This document shows, one piece after another, positions 62,534 to 64,000 of a stretch of DNA of 64,000 nt. How positions within the stretch are numbered: the stretch's first letter is position 1; each line of letters starts with the position of its first letter. The DNA comes from Eremomyces bilateralis CBS 781.70 (Eukaryota): NCBI GenBank assembly GCA_010015585.1, contig ML975164.1; one strand, written 5' to 3'. Position numbers and translations under genes: made by a program. The notes under the pieces are model-generated. The model was not told the DNA's origin and ran no database searches. It was given only the letters and a program-made list of their open reading frames with translations.

Positions 62534-64000
62534 TTTGATCTTTCTGTGCCAGGGAAGTATGGTGATCCCGCATCATATGGCAATTTAAAGTCGAAGGTGC
62601 TGTTAATACGCATTCGTCAGGTTCATACCTGATGGGCCGAAGAATAATGAAGTACTGGAGAATATGTAATGTAACTCTGACGGACTTCTAAAACTCTTAG
62701 TTAACTTTAATTATTATATCATATCAATAGTCTGGTGAATTAGGGCATTCAGCTACTGCTATTGCCCGAACAAAGACACTCTCCGGCTCTCAGACAGGAG
62801 ACTCAGATGCGTCGTAAGCTTAACTCGTCCCAATTCAGATCGTTGAATCGGGATGATTTCCGAAATTCTCCGATCTTAGGTTGTTGAATACCCGTTTTAT
62901 GCGATTTGGACCCTTACCTACCTAAGTAAGATGGCTTCTCGGCGTGGATTCATTTAGAGGTTGGCAGTCATTCCCGTCAAATAGGACGGAATGAAGACGC
63001 TCTAGTGTGGCGTCGCCTCCTACGTCATCTGAATTATGATCGACGATGCATGTTCTCTATTTCGATTCTCAGGAAGCGCTTACACTAAGCTGAGAATGAA
63101 GTCTATAAGTTTCACGACTATGATCTAGATCTTCTATTATGTCTAGGAACCCCATGTGAAGTCTCAAAATCCTATCATGATATCCAACTTTGCGCATGTC
63201 TCCGCCACTGTCTGCCACACCTTAACCTTGTGTTGAGACCATACAAAACTGACAGAAGCACAACCAGTTCTCTAAGCAGCAGTGATAGGCAGGCACTGAC
63301 GAAGGCGAGTTAGTCGGGCGTACATAATGGAAAACGTGGGCGTCTGACGGGCTCGTTCGGACGCAAGGAGCGGCTGAGCGAATTCGGTAGTTGATCAGTC
63401 ATGGCTCGCCATCCTATTTCGGAAAATACGAAGCTTGTTTTGATGTGTTTGAATCAAGGAAGCAGTCGAAATACCGCAGGCTGTTGATTGGGAGTGGGGC
63501 GGGGCGACCGATGACGTCCTTTTCGAGCACAATGTGAATCTAGGCCTTTCCGGATGTGACGAGAACATAGGCTGAGGAACGAGTGAGACTAGATAACTAG
63601 CGCAGTGTTTGCGATAAAGTTGAAGCTTATCTTGCTCATACGGTTATCAAATCGACGCCGAAGTAAATAGACATATCAGAACAGGAATCCGAAGGGGAAA
63701 CAGGATCACCCTTATCACGTACTAACCTTATCGGACTACCCACCCGTTCGGCGGAAATATGTCCGAAAGACCAATCAGGATCCCCGAATGATTCAACCTA
63801 AAATCCCGCCACCATAGTACGGGTACCCATCACCCAACTTGGTTCGGCAGACCGGTCCGGATGCATGGACAGCGGATCGCAAGTTCGCTGCTCGAAAGTC
63901 GAACCCTCACGTCTCTCAAACGAGTGGTGAGAGTGTGAGAATGTGAGACACGAAGCGATAATGCTCACTGGTGTATTCGACCAGATCAGAGGGGGAATGG

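Noticed and set aside
1..64000. tRNA or rRNA genes
   Set aside because: None was recognised by eye. tRNAscan-SE or Infernal would be needed to exclude intron-containing tRNAs or snoRNAs.

Overview
Eukaryotic DNA from a filamentous ascomycete (Pezizomycotina-type short introns with CTRAC/CTAAC branch points). The organism cannot be identified more closely from the sequence. About 1-36 kb is gene-dense core genome: an Inp1-like gene, NAD-glutamate dehydrogenase GDH2, PRO2, a Crh-type GH16, a GH20 hexosaminidase, a Gly/Asn/Gln-rich orphan, a CorA-like protein, SLD2, RPN12, mitochondrial uL11, PRP3 and listerin LTN1/RKR1. About 36-46 kb is an accessory island with a broken Fot1/pogo transposase, an unknown membrane protein, an intact HET-NACHT-WD40 (HNWD) NLR with 12 near-identical 126-bp repeats, and a piggyBac fragment. 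After it come a Rossmann oxidoreductase with a GC-AG intron, an MFS transporter, about 4.5 kb of unexplained DNA, a ccg-6-like GPI protein, a SET-like protein and a secreted carboxylesterase. The most notable observations are: (1) a predicted dual-frame terminal exon in the Crh gene, selected by two donors 4 nt apart, with both frames ending in GPI-like tails; (2) recurring C-rich to G-rich skew switches that do not depend on gene orientation and are seen mainly in the core region; (3) the mosaic WD40 array of a TE-flanked NLR; (4) a possible spliced uORF in the GDH2 leader. All intron boundaries were inferred by eye and are not confirmed by transcript data.
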